64,000 nt of DNA. Source: an uncultured Nitrososphaerota archaeon (GTDB taxonomy: Archaea > Thermoproteota > Nitrososphaeria > Conexivisphaerales > DTJL01). Position 1 is the first letter of the stretch. Every line of letters starts with the position of its first letter. The DNA lies in contig CAWJIE010000004.1 in assembly GCA_963842885.1 (NCBI GenBank), positions 64,001-128,000 of the forward strand, written 5' to 3'. The notes beneath the pieces are model-generated. The model was given only the letters and a program-made list of their open reading frames with translations. It was not told where the DNA came from and made no database searches. Positions 29,266 through 38,950 of the stretch are shown piece after piece. The translations under genes and the position numbers were made by a program.

Positions 29266-29541
29266 CTATTCTCTTATTCCTTCAAGGACGGAGACGGCGT
29301 TCCACAGGGTGACCCTGGCGAAGGAAGGAACATTCGGGTCCTGGGAGACCTCCTCGAGCACGCTCATGGCGTTGGCCGCCCTCACGCCGATGGACATCCT
29401 CTTGTCCTTCAGGCCATCCACTACCTCCTTAGTCACCTTGCGTATGTTGCGCGGGATGTTGGTGTTCTCGACGACAAGTCCGATCGTGTTGATAGCCTGG
29501 TTCAACTTCTCCTCGTTCTCCGCGGCTTTCTTGCTACTCAA
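29266..29541 (-). CDS. UPF0147 family protein
   Basis: IPRNIR...RAANA...DPNVP...R. Confidence 0.88.
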   Translation of the reverse strand: MSSKKAAENEEKLNQAINTIGLVVENTNIPRNIRKVTKEVVDGLKDKRMSIGVRAANAMSVLEEVSQDPNVPSFARVTLWNAVSVLEGIRE

Positions 29542-29665
29542 AACGCTGCAATAGCCTCCTGGCTTCGCTGCACGACATTACAAGACCCACCAGTTTTAAG
29601 CTTATCCATTCATCGAAAAGCCCTTATCGGGCGCGGGACCCCCCGTCCCCCTGTCGGCGACAATA

Positions 29666-30005
29666 TTGGCCATCGATTCGAGAAGCTCGCAGAAGCTCAT
29701 GGCCGAAATGATGAGGAAGGGCGCCACCCTTCTCAGGGAGCCCTGCCCGGAGTGTGGCGGCATCCTCTTCAGGTACAAGGGGAAGGACATCTGCCCCATC
29801 TGTTCGTGGCATGGAGAGCGTCGAAGAGTTGGATGAAAAGGCGGCTGTGAAGGCGACGCCGGCCTCCGGGAAGTCAGCAGTCGTGACGAAGATCCTGGAC
29901 GACTCACTGGCGCAGCTGGCGAAGGAGAAGGACCCCGCCAAGCGCCTGAAGCTCCTGCAGGTAGTGAAGCTGACCGCCGAAGTCCTCAAGCTCCTGAAGG
30001 AATGA
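29666..30005 (+). CDS. UPF0148 / autoantigen-p27 family Zn-finger protein (frameshift near 29805)
   Basis: MAEMMRKGATLLREPCPECGGILF...CPIC, continuing in the next frame. Confidence 0.8.
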
Positions 30006-30013
30006 GGGTACGT

Positions 30014-31546
30014 TCACCCGATGAACGAGTCCAGGCCCTCCTTCTTGGGAGGCCTGGTGGAAGGGGGCGTCGAGGGTGCCTTCTCCGCGCTAAGCTGCCT
30101 GGCATAGCTGCTCAACGATTTCAGCTTTCTTTGCACCACCCGATAGTAGGCCTCGTCGACGGTGTCCCTGACGATGAGCATGACCATCTTCCCCTCCTTT
30201 CGCCTCCCGGTCCTCCCCCTCCTCTGGATGTACCTGATGGCGCTGGCGACGTTGTCGTAGAATACGACGAGGTTGCATTCGGCGATGTCCAGGCCCTCTT
30301 CGCCTATCTGGGTGGCGATCAGGACGCGGTACTTCCCGCTCCTGAACATGTCCACTGCCTTCACCTGCTCGTCCTGCTTCTGGCCCGTGGCACCCTGCTT
30401 CCCAATCAGGATCCAGGCACTGATGCCCTCCTTCGAGAGCATCCTGTAAATGTGGTCGACGGTCTCGCGGTAGCCGGCGAAGATGAGGGCCCTGTCCTCC
30501 TTGGTTAGCCCCTTGATGAGCCCCTTCAACTCCTCGAACTTCGGCTGTTCGTAGCCGGCCACCAGCGCGCCGTTGATGAGCTCAAAGGCCTCCTTCAGCC
30601 GCTGGTCCTTGATTATCATTGAGTTGACCCTACCCTTCGTGTCTCTGATCCTTTCATAGTAGCTCACGAAGGCCTTGTAGCTCTGGGTTTCGAGCATCTT
30701 CTCCAGGTTGAAGAGCTTGGCGGCGATGAAATAGCAGAACTTGGCGTTCCAGCTCCCCTTGCTGAGGACGAGCTCCCTGTTCCTCATCATCTCCTTGAAG
30801 CTCATCTTCTCGGCGGCCGCCCTCGGCATCAGGTTCTCCCGGGCCAGGGTGGAGAGCCTCTCTTTCAGGGCCTCCCTGATCAGCGCGGAAGCCCTGCGCA
30901 TATAGTCCGGGCTGTCAAGGAGCCTCACGTCCATCTTGACCTCATGGACGAAGGGCTTGATGTCTTCGCTTTCGTAATCCCGGAAGAGGATCTTGTCGGC
31001 GGACAGGTGACCCTTGATTTCATCTATCTTGGCCCTCTCACTGGGAAGGGTAGCCGTCAGGCCCACCTTCTGCACGTCTCCGGCGGAGAACAGTTCGGCG
31101 ATCCTGACGTAGCTGTGGTCACCGATGGCTTTGTGCACTTCGTCGAGTATCAGGAGATTGAACCCGCGCGGATTGAGCAGGGACCTCTTGACGTCCTGCA
31201 CGGCGATCTGGGGAGTCGCGCAGACGATCTTGGCGTTCCAGGCGTCCTCCCTGGAGTAGATGTCGTCTTCGCCGGTTGCAGCCGAAACGGACCCCTTCGG
31301 CAGCTCCATGACCCTGCTCAGGAAGTCCTTATGCTGCTGGACGAGGATGCGCGTTGGAGCGAGGAAGAGGGTCCTCCCGCCCCTTGACGCCAGCTCGTTG
31401 GCGATGATGAGGGCGGCGACGGCTGTCTTGCCCATGCCGGTGGGGAGAACTATGATGACGTTCGAATGGCCGGCATCTTGGGCCAGCTCGCTCTGGTATG
31501 AGCGTTCCTCCAGCGCTCCTTCTTTGATAAAGCGGACCGTGGACAT
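30014..31546 (-). CDS. Hef/FANCM-like SF2 helicase without ERCC4 nuclease domain
   Basis: LPTGMGKT, DEVH, TAT, GEEGLDI, QRRGRTGR. Confidence 0.88.
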   Translation of the reverse strand: MSTVRFIKEGALEERSYQSELAQDAGHSNVIIVLPTGMGKTAVAALIIANELASRGGRTLFLAPTRILVQQHKDFLSRVMELPKGSVSAATGEDDIYSREDAWNAKIVCATPQIAVQDVKRSLLNPRGFNLLILDEVHKAIGDHSYVRIAELFSAGDVQKVGLTATLPSERAKIDEIKGHLSADKILFRDYESEDIKPFVHEVKMDVRLLDSPDYMRRASALIREALKERLSTLARENLMPRAAAEKMSFKEMMRNRELVLSKGSWNAKFCYFIAAKLFNLEKMLETQSYKAFVSYYERIRDTKGRVNSMIIKDQRLKEAFELINGALVAGYEQPKFEELKGLIKGLTKEDRALIFAGYRETVDHIYRMLSKEGISAWILIGKQGATGQKQDEQVKAVDMFRSGKYRVLIATQIGEEGLDIAECNLVVFYDNVASAIRYIQRRGRTGRRKEGKMVMLIVRDTVDEAYYRVVQRKLKSLSSYARQLSAEKAPSTPPSTRPPKKEGLDSFIG

Positions 31547-31627
31547 GGGCCGACCCCCGTAACTCTCCACAACCCAACACTTTTATCATTTAGTAGATTC
31601 GACACAACCTCTGGGCGCCTCTATCCT

Positions 31628-32470
31628 ATGATCATCGACGGGCAAGAGCTACAGAAGTCCCTGGCTGACGTGGAGAGGGCTGTCACTGCCGTCGATGCGG
31701 AAGGCCTAGGATCGGCGGCTGAAGGATGGAGGATTCCGACCGAAGTGGCCAAAGAGTTCGTAGAGGTCGGCCGATCCCTGATCACGTTTCGACCGAGCCC
31801 AAGGGTGGGGAGATTCCTCGTCATCAGTGGGGTCGACAAGTCGGGCAAGGAGACCCACTCCTTCAACCAGAGCAGGCTTGCTAAGGTAACCTCTGTGTAC
31901 GATCATCTGAATTCGAACGGATTCAAGGTGCTCCCGGTCAGCCTCCCATCATATGAGACCCTTTTGGGGAGCCTAGTCGGCGCGTATCTTGGACGCAACA
32001 ACTTGAGTGTGCATATCCGAGGGGAACTGAGCAACTCCTTCGCGTGGCTCCTCTGGAGCCTTGACAGGGCGCAGTTCAACCGGAAGGTGGACGGCTGGCT
32101 GGCGGTGGGCCCCAAGAACATCGTGCTTGCCAAAAGGTGGACGGAGAGCCATGCGGTGTATCAGCCGGAAGTGGGTGTCGACCGAGGCCGCGTAATCAGA
32201 TTCGAGGGGAAGGTCGTCAAGCAAGACTTCACGGTGGTGCTCGACATCTCGCCTGCCCAGGCGCTTCTGAGGCTCAGGTCCAGGGCGGACAGGGACAACT
32301 ACGAACATGCTTCGCTCATCGAGAGGGTGAGGCGCAGGTACCTCTCCTTGTCGGAGATCTACCCCTATGGCGAAGTATACCTCGTGGACGCGTCCAGGAG
32401 CCTGGAGGACGTCAACGCGGACATCCTCTCTCTTGTAGACAGGATCCTCGAGGTCGATGGTAAGGAATAA
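31628..32470 (+). CDS. tmk: Thymidylate kinase-like protein with N-terminal extension
   Basis: ISGVDKSGKET P-loop, LWSLDR, RWTESHAVYQ, VLDISP. Confidence 0.7.
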   Translation: MIIDGQELQKSLADVERAVTAVDAEGLGSAAEGWRIPTEVAKEFVEVGRSLITFRPSPRVGRFLVISGVDKSGKETHSFNQSRLAKVTSVYDHLNSNGFKVLPVSLPSYETLLGSLVGAYLGRNNLSVHIRGELSNSFAWLLWSLDRAQFNRKVDGWLAVGPKNIVLAKRWTESHAVYQPEVGVDRGRVIRFEGKVVKQDFTVVLDISPAQALLRLRSRADRDNYEHASLIERVRRRYLSLSEIYPYGEVYLVDASRSLEDVNADILSLVDRILEVDGKE

Positions 32471-32494
32471 AACCTCGTCCCAGCAAACATCTTC

Positions 32495-33811
32495 TTGAAG
32501 CGGCATTTGAAACTCCCAACGGCGGCGGGCAGGCCCATAGAGATACGCGACCCGATTCATGGGTTCGTGAAAGTCCGGGCGGCCGAGATGAAGGTGGTCG
32601 ACACTTCCTTCTTCCAACGTCTGAGGCGCATCAGGCAGCTGTCCTGCGCCTATATGGCGTATCCGGGGGCCAACCACACGAGGTTCGAGCATTCCCTGGG
32701 CTCGATGCACGTGGCGGGTCTCGCCTCCGCAATCCTCGTCGACAAGGGTTACCTCGATGAAGATGCGGCATCCCAATTGCGGATGGCCGGCCTCCTCCAT
32801 GACATCGGACATGGGCCGTTCTCGCACGTTTTCGAGGAGCTCCTCCACTCGAAGATCGGGATAACGCATGAAGACATGAGCTCGCGGATAGTGGCGGAGA
32901 CCGAGGTGGGCGAAGCATTAGACAAGCAGGGCTTCAGTTCCAGGAAGATGGCGAGCTTGGCTGTGGGGAAGGCGCCCGGGAGCAGGAGGTTTCTAAACGA
33001 GGTGATCGCCGGGACGCTCAGCGCGGACCTGATGGACTACCTCCTTCGTGATTCGTACTACACAGGGGCAGGTTTCGGGTGCGTCGACATCACAAGGGTG
33101 ATCGACTCGTTCGAGGTCGTCGACAACCATCTAGCCATTGAGAGTGACGCCATTCATTCCTTCGAAGCCCTGACGGTGGCGCGCTATGAGATGTTCAAGG
33201 CGGTGTACTTCCACAAGACCTGCCGGGCGGCCGAGGCGATGGTCCTCAGGGCCATGGAGCTCGTCGACGACGATCTTGGGCTGACCGACGTCGGCGACCT
33301 TTCGAAGTACTCGGAGCTGGACGACGACGGCGTCATCTGCAGAATCCTCTCGTTGAAGGAGGGAAGGGGTGCGAAGAGGGCAAAGGAGTTGGTGAAGGAC
33401 TTCAGGGAGAGGAGGCTGCTCAAGTGCGTCTACGAGAAGATGGTGATTAGGAGGGAGGGGTTCGTCGAGAAGCTCCTGAACAAGGCGAGGGTCAGGGCGG
33501 ACGTCGTGGCTGAGATAGCCAACCTCGCTGGCGTTGATCCTGACAACGTATACATAGACGTCCCCACAGCGCCTTCGGTGCCATTCACGTCGGACAGGGA
33601 GAAGTTCACGGAGCTGACCATCGTCTCCCGGGGGGGACCCGGCGTCAAGAAGTCGAAGATCTCCCTCTCGGATATCCCCGCCATCGCCGCCATCAGCGGG
33701 TTCATGGACATATTGAGGGTCTACACGCCGGCATCTTGCAGGTCCAAGGTCGAAGGCGCGGTCTCCAAGGTCCTAGGCGAATCTGGGTTTTCGACCAAGA
33801 TATCAGTCTAG
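32495..33811 (+). CDS. HD-domain phosphohydrolase (SAMHD1/dNTPase-like)
   Basis: IRDPIHG, QRLRRIRQL, HTRFEHSLG, LLHDIGHGPFSH, DYLLRDS. Confidence 0.92.
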   Translation: MKRHLKLPTAAGRPIEIRDPIHGFVKVRAAEMKVVDTSFFQRLRRIRQLSCAYMAYPGANHTRFEHSLGSMHVAGLASAILVDKGYLDEDAASQLRMAGLLHDIGHGPFSHVFEELLHSKIGITHEDMSSRIVAETEVGEALDKQGFSSRKMASLAVGKAPGSRRFLNEVIAGTLSADLMDYLLRDSYYTGAGFGCVDITRVIDSFEVVDNHLAIESDAIHSFEALTVARYEMFKAVYFHKTCRAAEAMVLRAMELVDDDLGLTDVGDLSKYSELDDDGVICRILSLKEGRGAKRAKELVKDFRERRLLKCVYEKMVIRREGFVEKLLNKARVRADVVAEIANLAGVDPDNVYIDVPTAPSVPFTSDREKFTELTIVSRGGPGVKKSKISLSDIPAIAAISGFMDILRVYTPASCRSKVEGAVSKVLGESGFSTKISV

Positions 33812-34210
33812 GATTAGCCCGCCCTTTCCACCGTCAAGGACCACCCTTTTCCCGGCACAGGTCTTTAGCTGGCTCAACTGGAATCCATCGGCCAGAGGGA
33901 GACCGGCCAGGGCACATCCCGACACGAGCGTTATGTCGCCCTTGACGGCTACTCTTTTCCTGCGATGCTCCTCGGCGGGGCAAGAGGATGTGTCAGGAGC
34001 GATCATCGAAGCAGCGTTGAAGAGGGAGCGCGTGGCGATAGAAACGCCCAACGGCTTCGACAGACGACCGCCGCTCCCGGGGCCCTCGCCTTCCGTGTGA
34101 ACGAACGGGGCTTCTCCTGCATCTACGCCGTAAGGACCAAGAGGCCGATACTTCGGATGGCCGGACGCTCGCTCTTCTGCTTGTAGAGCTCCTCTGAAGG
34201 GGCTCGCCAT
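33803..34210 (-). CDS. Hypothetical protein; C-terminus resembles DUF126 / aconitase X swivel domain
   Basis: DITLVSGCALAGLPLADGF...GKRVVLDGGKG; TATA-like sequence ~30 nt upstream of ATG 34210. Confidence 0.4.
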   Translation of the reverse strand: MASPFRGALQAEERASGHPKYRPLGPYGVDAGEAPFVHTEGEGPGSGGRLSKPLGVSIATRSLFNAASMIAPDTSSCPAEEHRRKRVAVKGDITLVSGCALAGLPLADGFQLSQLKTCAGKRVVLDGGKGGLILD

Positions 34211-34268
34211 TTGAAGGGGCCGACCCAAGGGCTCCCATTGTTTAATTACCCGTGGAGGCGGACAGAGT

Positions 34269-34775
34269 GTGACTTTGGCCGAGTTGAAACCAGCCGGGGT
34301 CCATCTCGTGGTCGTGCCATTCTCGGAAAGGCGCTCCCTCCTACGGCGGTGGGCCTCCGGCGTGGAGAGATACACGGCTGTCGACTTCGACGGCAGCCTC
34401 TACCCCCTCCTTCCGCCGGCGTCACTGGAGGGATGCCGGTTGCTGCTGGAGGGAGGCAGCCTCCTTTCGGCCCTGAAAGATGTGTATTCGCTGCAGCGCG
34501 GCGATGACCCCATCATCATAAACTCCCTCGGCACGCTGCAGGCGATGGCCAGGGCCTCCGGCGGCGAAAAGGACTGGGGCCGCAGGTTCTTCAAGTATGT
34601 GGTCTACATGGCGGTGGCGTGCCGGGCTAGGGCGAGCTCCTCTCTCTTCGTGTTGAACTCGGTCAGAGAGGGCGGCGTCAGGGGCATGCTCGGAGCTGGC
34701 TGGGTCAAGCTGTGTTCGGGTGCCTTCGACGGGACCTGGATCCTCTCTGAGGAGGGTCTCAGCCGCGTGTCTTGA
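34269..34775 (+). CDS. Hypothetical protein, possibly degenerate RecA-like fold
   Basis: Open 168-aa frame; PIIINSLGTL resembles a degenerate Walker B region; no Walker A. Confidence 0.45.
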   Translation: MTLAELKPAGVHLVVVPFSERRSLLRRWASGVERYTAVDFDGSLYPLLPPASLEGCRLLLEGGSLLSALKDVYSLQRGDDPIIINSLGTLQAMARASGGEKDWGRRFFKYVVYMAVACRARASSSLFVLNSVREGGVRGMLGAGWVKLCSGAFDGTWILSEEGLSRVS

Positions 34776-35142
34776 AGGTGTACATAGAGAAGATCAGGAA
34801 GAAGCCTATCATCAGTATGAGGATGCCAGTGATAAACACGAAGAATGACTCGCGGCCAACCTTCGAAGGCTGGCTCGACCTCGCGAGCATGTAGATCCCG
34901 GTGACCCCCGAGGCAGACGCGATGACGTAGGTGATGGTCTCCAGGATGCTCTGCGTCTGAAGAGAAGTGGTGACCACTGTCGAGGCAGGGACAGACGACC
35001 CCTCAAGGAGATAGTTGACGAGGCCTCCCGCAAGAAGGACGCCCACGAAGACGTAGATCACTTCCAAGGTGACGTACTTGGAGAGGGTCTTGACCCACTT
35101 GTTCCTGCGGAGGTTGTCCGTGTCCATCTTCAAGGCGCTCAT
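34759..35142 (-). CDS. Three-TM membrane protein, OST3/OST6/DC2(OSTC)-like
   Basis: LAGGLV...E..SV, QSILE(x9)G..G...LARS..P, G(x7)FF...K..G pattern matches recalled DC2. Confidence 0.6.
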   Translation of the reverse strand: MSALKMDTDNLRRNKWVKTLSKYVTLEVIYVFVGVLLAGGLVNYLLEGSSVPASTVVTTSLQTQSILETITYVIASASGVTGIYMLARSSQPSKVGRESFFVFITGILILMIGFFLIFSMYTFKTRG

Positions 35143-35153
35143 CCTCGCCAGCT

Positions 35154-35900
35154 TCAGTCAACCCGAGGTGCGAGATAAAACTGTATCGTAGCTCCTTGCT
35201 CGCTGAGCGGGAACTCCATCTTGATCGGCATCTTCGCTGAGAACCCGATGTTCACCGTCTCTGCGTTCGAGACGGACTTCGCGAAGTTGCTGAGGTACTC
35301 GATGCTGTAGGTGGATTCGCCTCCCTCCTTGACGTCGAGCTGAAGGATGTCGGGATTGTCCTTCTTCAGCGTCACGGAAGCCTTGCCCACCTCGCTCTTC
35401 CCCAGAAAGACGAGCTTCTCCTCTTCGGCCTTAAGAGTGATGTGATCAGAAATGGTCTGGACGTCTGAGAGTACCTTGCGGAGTATCCGGGTCGTCAATT
35501 TGCACTGGACGTTGAAGTTGACCTTCGGGAGGGGGGTCTGGCTGTAGGTCGTCTCGACGAGGTGGACCTGAAACTCCCTCTCGTATCCGTCGAAAAGCCT
35601 GAACTCGAGCATGCTCTCCTCGCCCAATCTAAGCTCCACCTTGTCCTTGCCCTCGGCCCTCCTCATGACCTTGAGAAGGTCTTCTACCCTCACGGTGAGG
35701 GTGTGGTTCTGGTCGCAGGCATATTTCTCGAAAGAGGCCGCCGGCCACTTGAGATCCACTAGGGCTATGTGAGAGGGGTCCATTGCCCTCAGGTTGAGCC
35801 CTTCAGGGGTAGCCTCAAATGAGGCCTCTTCGATTAGGGTGGAGATCGCCTGTGAAACGGACTTCCATTCCTCGGCCGACTGGCTGACGGCCTGCAGCAT
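35154..35900 (-). CDS. pcn: PCNA sliding clamp
   Basis: RAMDPSHIALV, YSIEYL, FYLAPRVD. Confidence 0.95.
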   Translation of the reverse strand: MLQAVSQSAEEWKSVSQAISTLIEEASFEATPEGLNLRAMDPSHIALVDLKWPAASFEKYACDQNHTLTVRVEDLLKVMRRAEGKDKVELRLGEESMLEFRLFDGYEREFQVHLVETTYSQTPLPKVNFNVQCKLTTRILRKVLSDVQTISDHITLKAEEEKLVFLGKSEVGKASVTLKKDNPDILQLDVKEGGESTYSIEYLSNFAKSVSNAETVNIGFSAKMPIKMEFPLSEQGATIQFYLAPRVD

Positions 35901-36049
35901 ATCACCCCACCCTCCGTAAGAACAAACTAATTAACGTTCCCGACATCGAAAAGCGGAGACGCCAAGTTCCCTTAAAGACATTCGTCAGGTGATTTTCAGC
36001 GGGGATTATGCCGAAATGGCTTAAGAAGGTGGCTCGCCCGTGGGGAAGT

Positions 36050-36494
36050 ATGAAGCCGGACGAGCTGGACAGGGCGCTCACGTCGATGTCGCAAGAGGAC
36101 GGCCGCCTGTCATTCGCAGAAATCAAGTCCCTGAACCAGAGTGAGTACCGTCCGGTTCAGGTTCAAGAGGCTGGTCGACAGGGAGATGACAAGGGGCGCA
36201 GTCGCTCTCGTCAACCCTAAAGCGGCGGGACTGAACGAGTCGACCGCACTTTTCATGAAGGTCAGCGCCTTGAAGCTAGACGACGTCCTCCGAGGCCTCT
36301 GCTCTCTCAAGCAGGTGCCGCACGATATATCAGTTCACAGGGGACTACGATGCCATCGCGATAGTCATGGGACGCGATGTGGGTGACCTGAACATCAAGT
36401 CCGCCGCGTGAAAACCATCCCCTGGGTGGTGGAGGCCACGTCGATGCTCACACTTCGGGTCATGAAGGGCGACCTCAAGTATGCGGTCGCGTAA
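36050..36494 (+). pseudogene. Disrupted Lrp/AsnC family regulator
   Basis: DELDRA...EDGRLSFAEI / STVRFRFKRLV...VNPKAAG / GDYDAIAIV spread over several frames. Confidence 0.65.
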
Positions 36495-36669
36495 AGGCGG
36501 AAGATCTCTGGCGACGAAGCTAGGGCTGAATTATTCGACGAACGGACCCTCGCTGTCGAAGTCTATTTAAGCTCAATCCGCGCCTATCATCCCGCCTAGG
36601 GGTGGAGAAGACGATGCGCTTCGCGGAGGATGGTTTCAGGTCGCACCTGTCGGGGCGCGCTGAAGCAGG

Positions 36670-37833
36670 GTGTGGAGAGAGGTACCCGTGACGGAGGGCA
36701 GGGCTTCCGCTGTCGAATTCCTCAGCAGGGCGTACAAAGCTTACTACTTCCGCCATGTGGAGTCCGTGGAGGTCCCCGAGGAAATAGAGAGGAGGGAGTT
36801 CGGCTACCTCAACTTCGAGGACGCCATGGTGCGCCATCTGACCTTCCCCAACGAAGGGGAGTTCAAGGCCATGATGGTCAGGGAGTCCCCGCGCTCCGCG
36901 TACTGCTCCGTGGCCTACTATGATTCGCCCGACCTGCCCATGGAGGAGAAGGGATACCGAAAGGCCGACCTCGCCTTCGACATAGATTCGGATGACTTGG
37001 AGCTTCCGTGCACGGCGGAGCATGATTTCTCCCTCTGTGGCAACTGTGGCAGGCCATTCAAGGCTGGAGGGGAGAAATGCGTGCTCTGCGGTTCCTCCAT
37101 CGTCTCCGCCATACACTGGGTGTGCGAGAAGTGTCTCAGCGGTGCTCATGAGGAGGCCACCAAACTCGTCGACTTCCTACAGCTGGATTTCGGGATATCG
37201 CCCAGCGAGATCAGGGTCTACTTCTCCGGGAACAGAGGCTATCACGTCTCTGTGGTGGGATCCAGATATGAGACCCTTGATCAGCGAGGAAGGTCTGAGA
37301 TGGTGGAGTATGTTGTTGGCAAGGGGTTCACGGCCAGGCAGATGGGTCTGCTCCCGAGGAGGGCTGCCTCAGAACTATATCCGCGGTTGCCCATCCCGGA
37401 AGAGCCGGGATGGAGGGGGCGCGTCGCCGCAGCACTTGCGAACATGGAGGGAGGCGCGTCGCGTGAAGAGCTGGCCAGGGCCTTCGGGGAGCAGCCCGAG
37501 AGAATCGAAGGCATGATTCAGAAGGCCGTAGACATGTCCGCGGCGAGGGTCGACGCTGGAGTGACCATCGACACGCACAGAGTCTTCAGGATGGGAGAGA
37601 CTCTCCATGACAAATCGGGTCTCCTCAAGAAGAGGTACGACCGGCTGGATGGGGCCGACCCTCTAGTCGACGCCGTCGCCTTCGGCTCCGATCCCGTGCG
37701 GGTCTCCGTGGGCTATTCGCCCAAGTTCTGGCTTCTCGGGTCGTCGTTCGGTCCGTACGACAAGGCTCGTGTCGAGCTTCCCACCTACGCCGCCGTCTAT
37801 CTGATGGCGAAAGGCCTCGCCGAGCCGGCCTAG
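36670..37833 (+). CDS. priS: DNA primase small subunit with Zn-ribbon insertion
   Basis: REFG, DLAFDID, YFSGNRGYH, VTIDTHRVFR. Confidence 0.93.
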   Translation: MWREVPVTEGRASAVEFLSRAYKAYYFRHVESVEVPEEIERREFGYLNFEDAMVRHLTFPNEGEFKAMMVRESPRSAYCSVAYYDSPDLPMEEKGYRKADLAFDIDSDDLELPCTAEHDFSLCGNCGRPFKAGGEKCVLCGSSIVSAIHWVCEKCLSGAHEEATKLVDFLQLDFGISPSEIRVYFSGNRGYHVSVVGSRYETLDQRGRSEMVEYVVGKGFTARQMGLLPRRAASELYPRLPIPEEPGWRGRVAAALANMEGGASREELARAFGEQPERIEGMIQKAVDMSAARVDAGVTIDTHRVFRMGETLHDKSGLLKKRYDRLDGADPLVDAVAFGSDPVRVSVGYSPKFWLLGSSFGPYDKARVELPTYAAVYLMAKGLAEPA

Positions 37834-37881
37834 GGAGGGCGGCTGCCGCAGAACCAACCCTTTAATATACTTGAGATGTAG

Positions 37882-38460
37882 GTGCGGGTAGTTATGAGCG
37901 AAGAACTGCTGTCGACGCTGCAGCAGAACCTCGAGATGGAGCTGACGAGCGAGGAACTCTCCAAGATCGACCCTGGCCTGTACAAGGCCGTCGCCATACG
38001 CGTGAAGCAGATCAGAGGATTCATGGGGAACGGCGACTCTCAGGTTGTGAATGCGCTCCTTTCTAGGGAGATAGAGATGTTCTGCGAAATGTCCGACGAG
38101 CTGATGACCATCAGGCTGCACAAGTTCCTGGACAAGGCCTTGCGCGGCTCAAACGAGATCTCGCTTACGCCGGAGGAGAGGTACCTGGTGGAGCCTCTCT
38201 ATACGAGCGTGAAGAGGCTGGCGCGGATAAGGGACGCCGTGGACAGGGGCCGCCTTTCCGTGCTGGAGGAATCGTCGGACAGCTACTCAGTAAGGTATAT
38301 AGTCGTGCGATTTCTACAGGCAGCGTCTAGGATGGCGGGCGTGGACTTGAGACAATACGGACCATACAAACCAGAGGACATCGCCGTCCTTCCCATCGAT
38401 AACGCGAAGCCGCTGATAGAGAGGGGCGTCGTCTCGGAGACATGGGTGAGTGACCTTTGA
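37882..38460 (+). CDS. GINS complex subunit (Gins15/51-like)
   Basis: LTPEE, GVDLRQYGPYKPEDIAVLP..NA; located after priS. Confidence 0.8.
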   Translation: MRVVMSEELLSTLQQNLEMELTSEELSKIDPGLYKAVAIRVKQIRGFMGNGDSQVVNALLSREIEMFCEMSDELMTIRLHKFLDKALRGSNEISLTPEERYLVEPLYTSVKRLARIRDAVDRGRLSVLEESSDSYSVRYIVVRFLQAASRMAGVDLRQYGPYKPEDIAVLPIDNAKPLIERGVVSETWVSDL

Positions 38461-38735
38461 AATACCCGAAGACCATCACTACCTTCTGCCCGAAGTGCAA
38501 GAAGCACACGGAGCACACGGTTTCGCTCTACAAGAAGGGAAAGGAGAGGGCAATGTCCAGGGGTGCCAGGAAGCACGCCGAGGAGAAGAAGGGTTACGGA
38601 GGCCAGAAGTACCCGGAGCTCATCAGGACCGCCAAGACCACCAAGAAGGCCACCATCAAACTCAAATGCAAGGAGTGCGGTTTCACCGTCATGAAGAAGG
38701 GGATGAGGCTGAGGAAGCTGGAAATCTTGGAGTGA
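38457..38735 (+). CDS. rpl44e: 50S ribosomal protein L44e
   Basis: FCPKCKKHTEH, GYGGQKYP, KTTKK, CKEC. Confidence 0.95.
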   Translation: MKYPKTITTFCPKCKKHTEHTVSLYKKGKERAMSRGARKHAEEKKGYGGQKYPELIRTAKTTKKATIKLKCKECGFTVMKKGMRLRKLEILE

Positions 38736-38742
38736 GAGTATC

Positions 38743-38943
38743 TTGGTGAGAAAGGAGAGACAGCTGTTCGTCAGGCCAGGAAGCGCCTTCCTGCAGGTCA
38801 AATGCGCGAAGTGTGGCACGGAGAAGGCCATCTTCTCCAACGCCACGATTCCGATCAAGTGCGAAGTCTGTGAAGAGATACTTGCTCAGCCTTCGGGCGG
38901 CCGAACCATCATCAATGGTGTGATTACGCGCCGGCTGGACTGA
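38743..38943 (+). CDS. rps27e: 30S ribosomal protein S27e
   Basis: FLQVKCAKC...CEVC...PSGG. Confidence 0.93.
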   Translation: MVRKERQLFVRPGSAFLQVKCAKCGTEKAIFSNATIPIKCEVCEEILAQPSGGRTIINGVITRRLD

Positions 38944-38950
38944 AGGGGCC

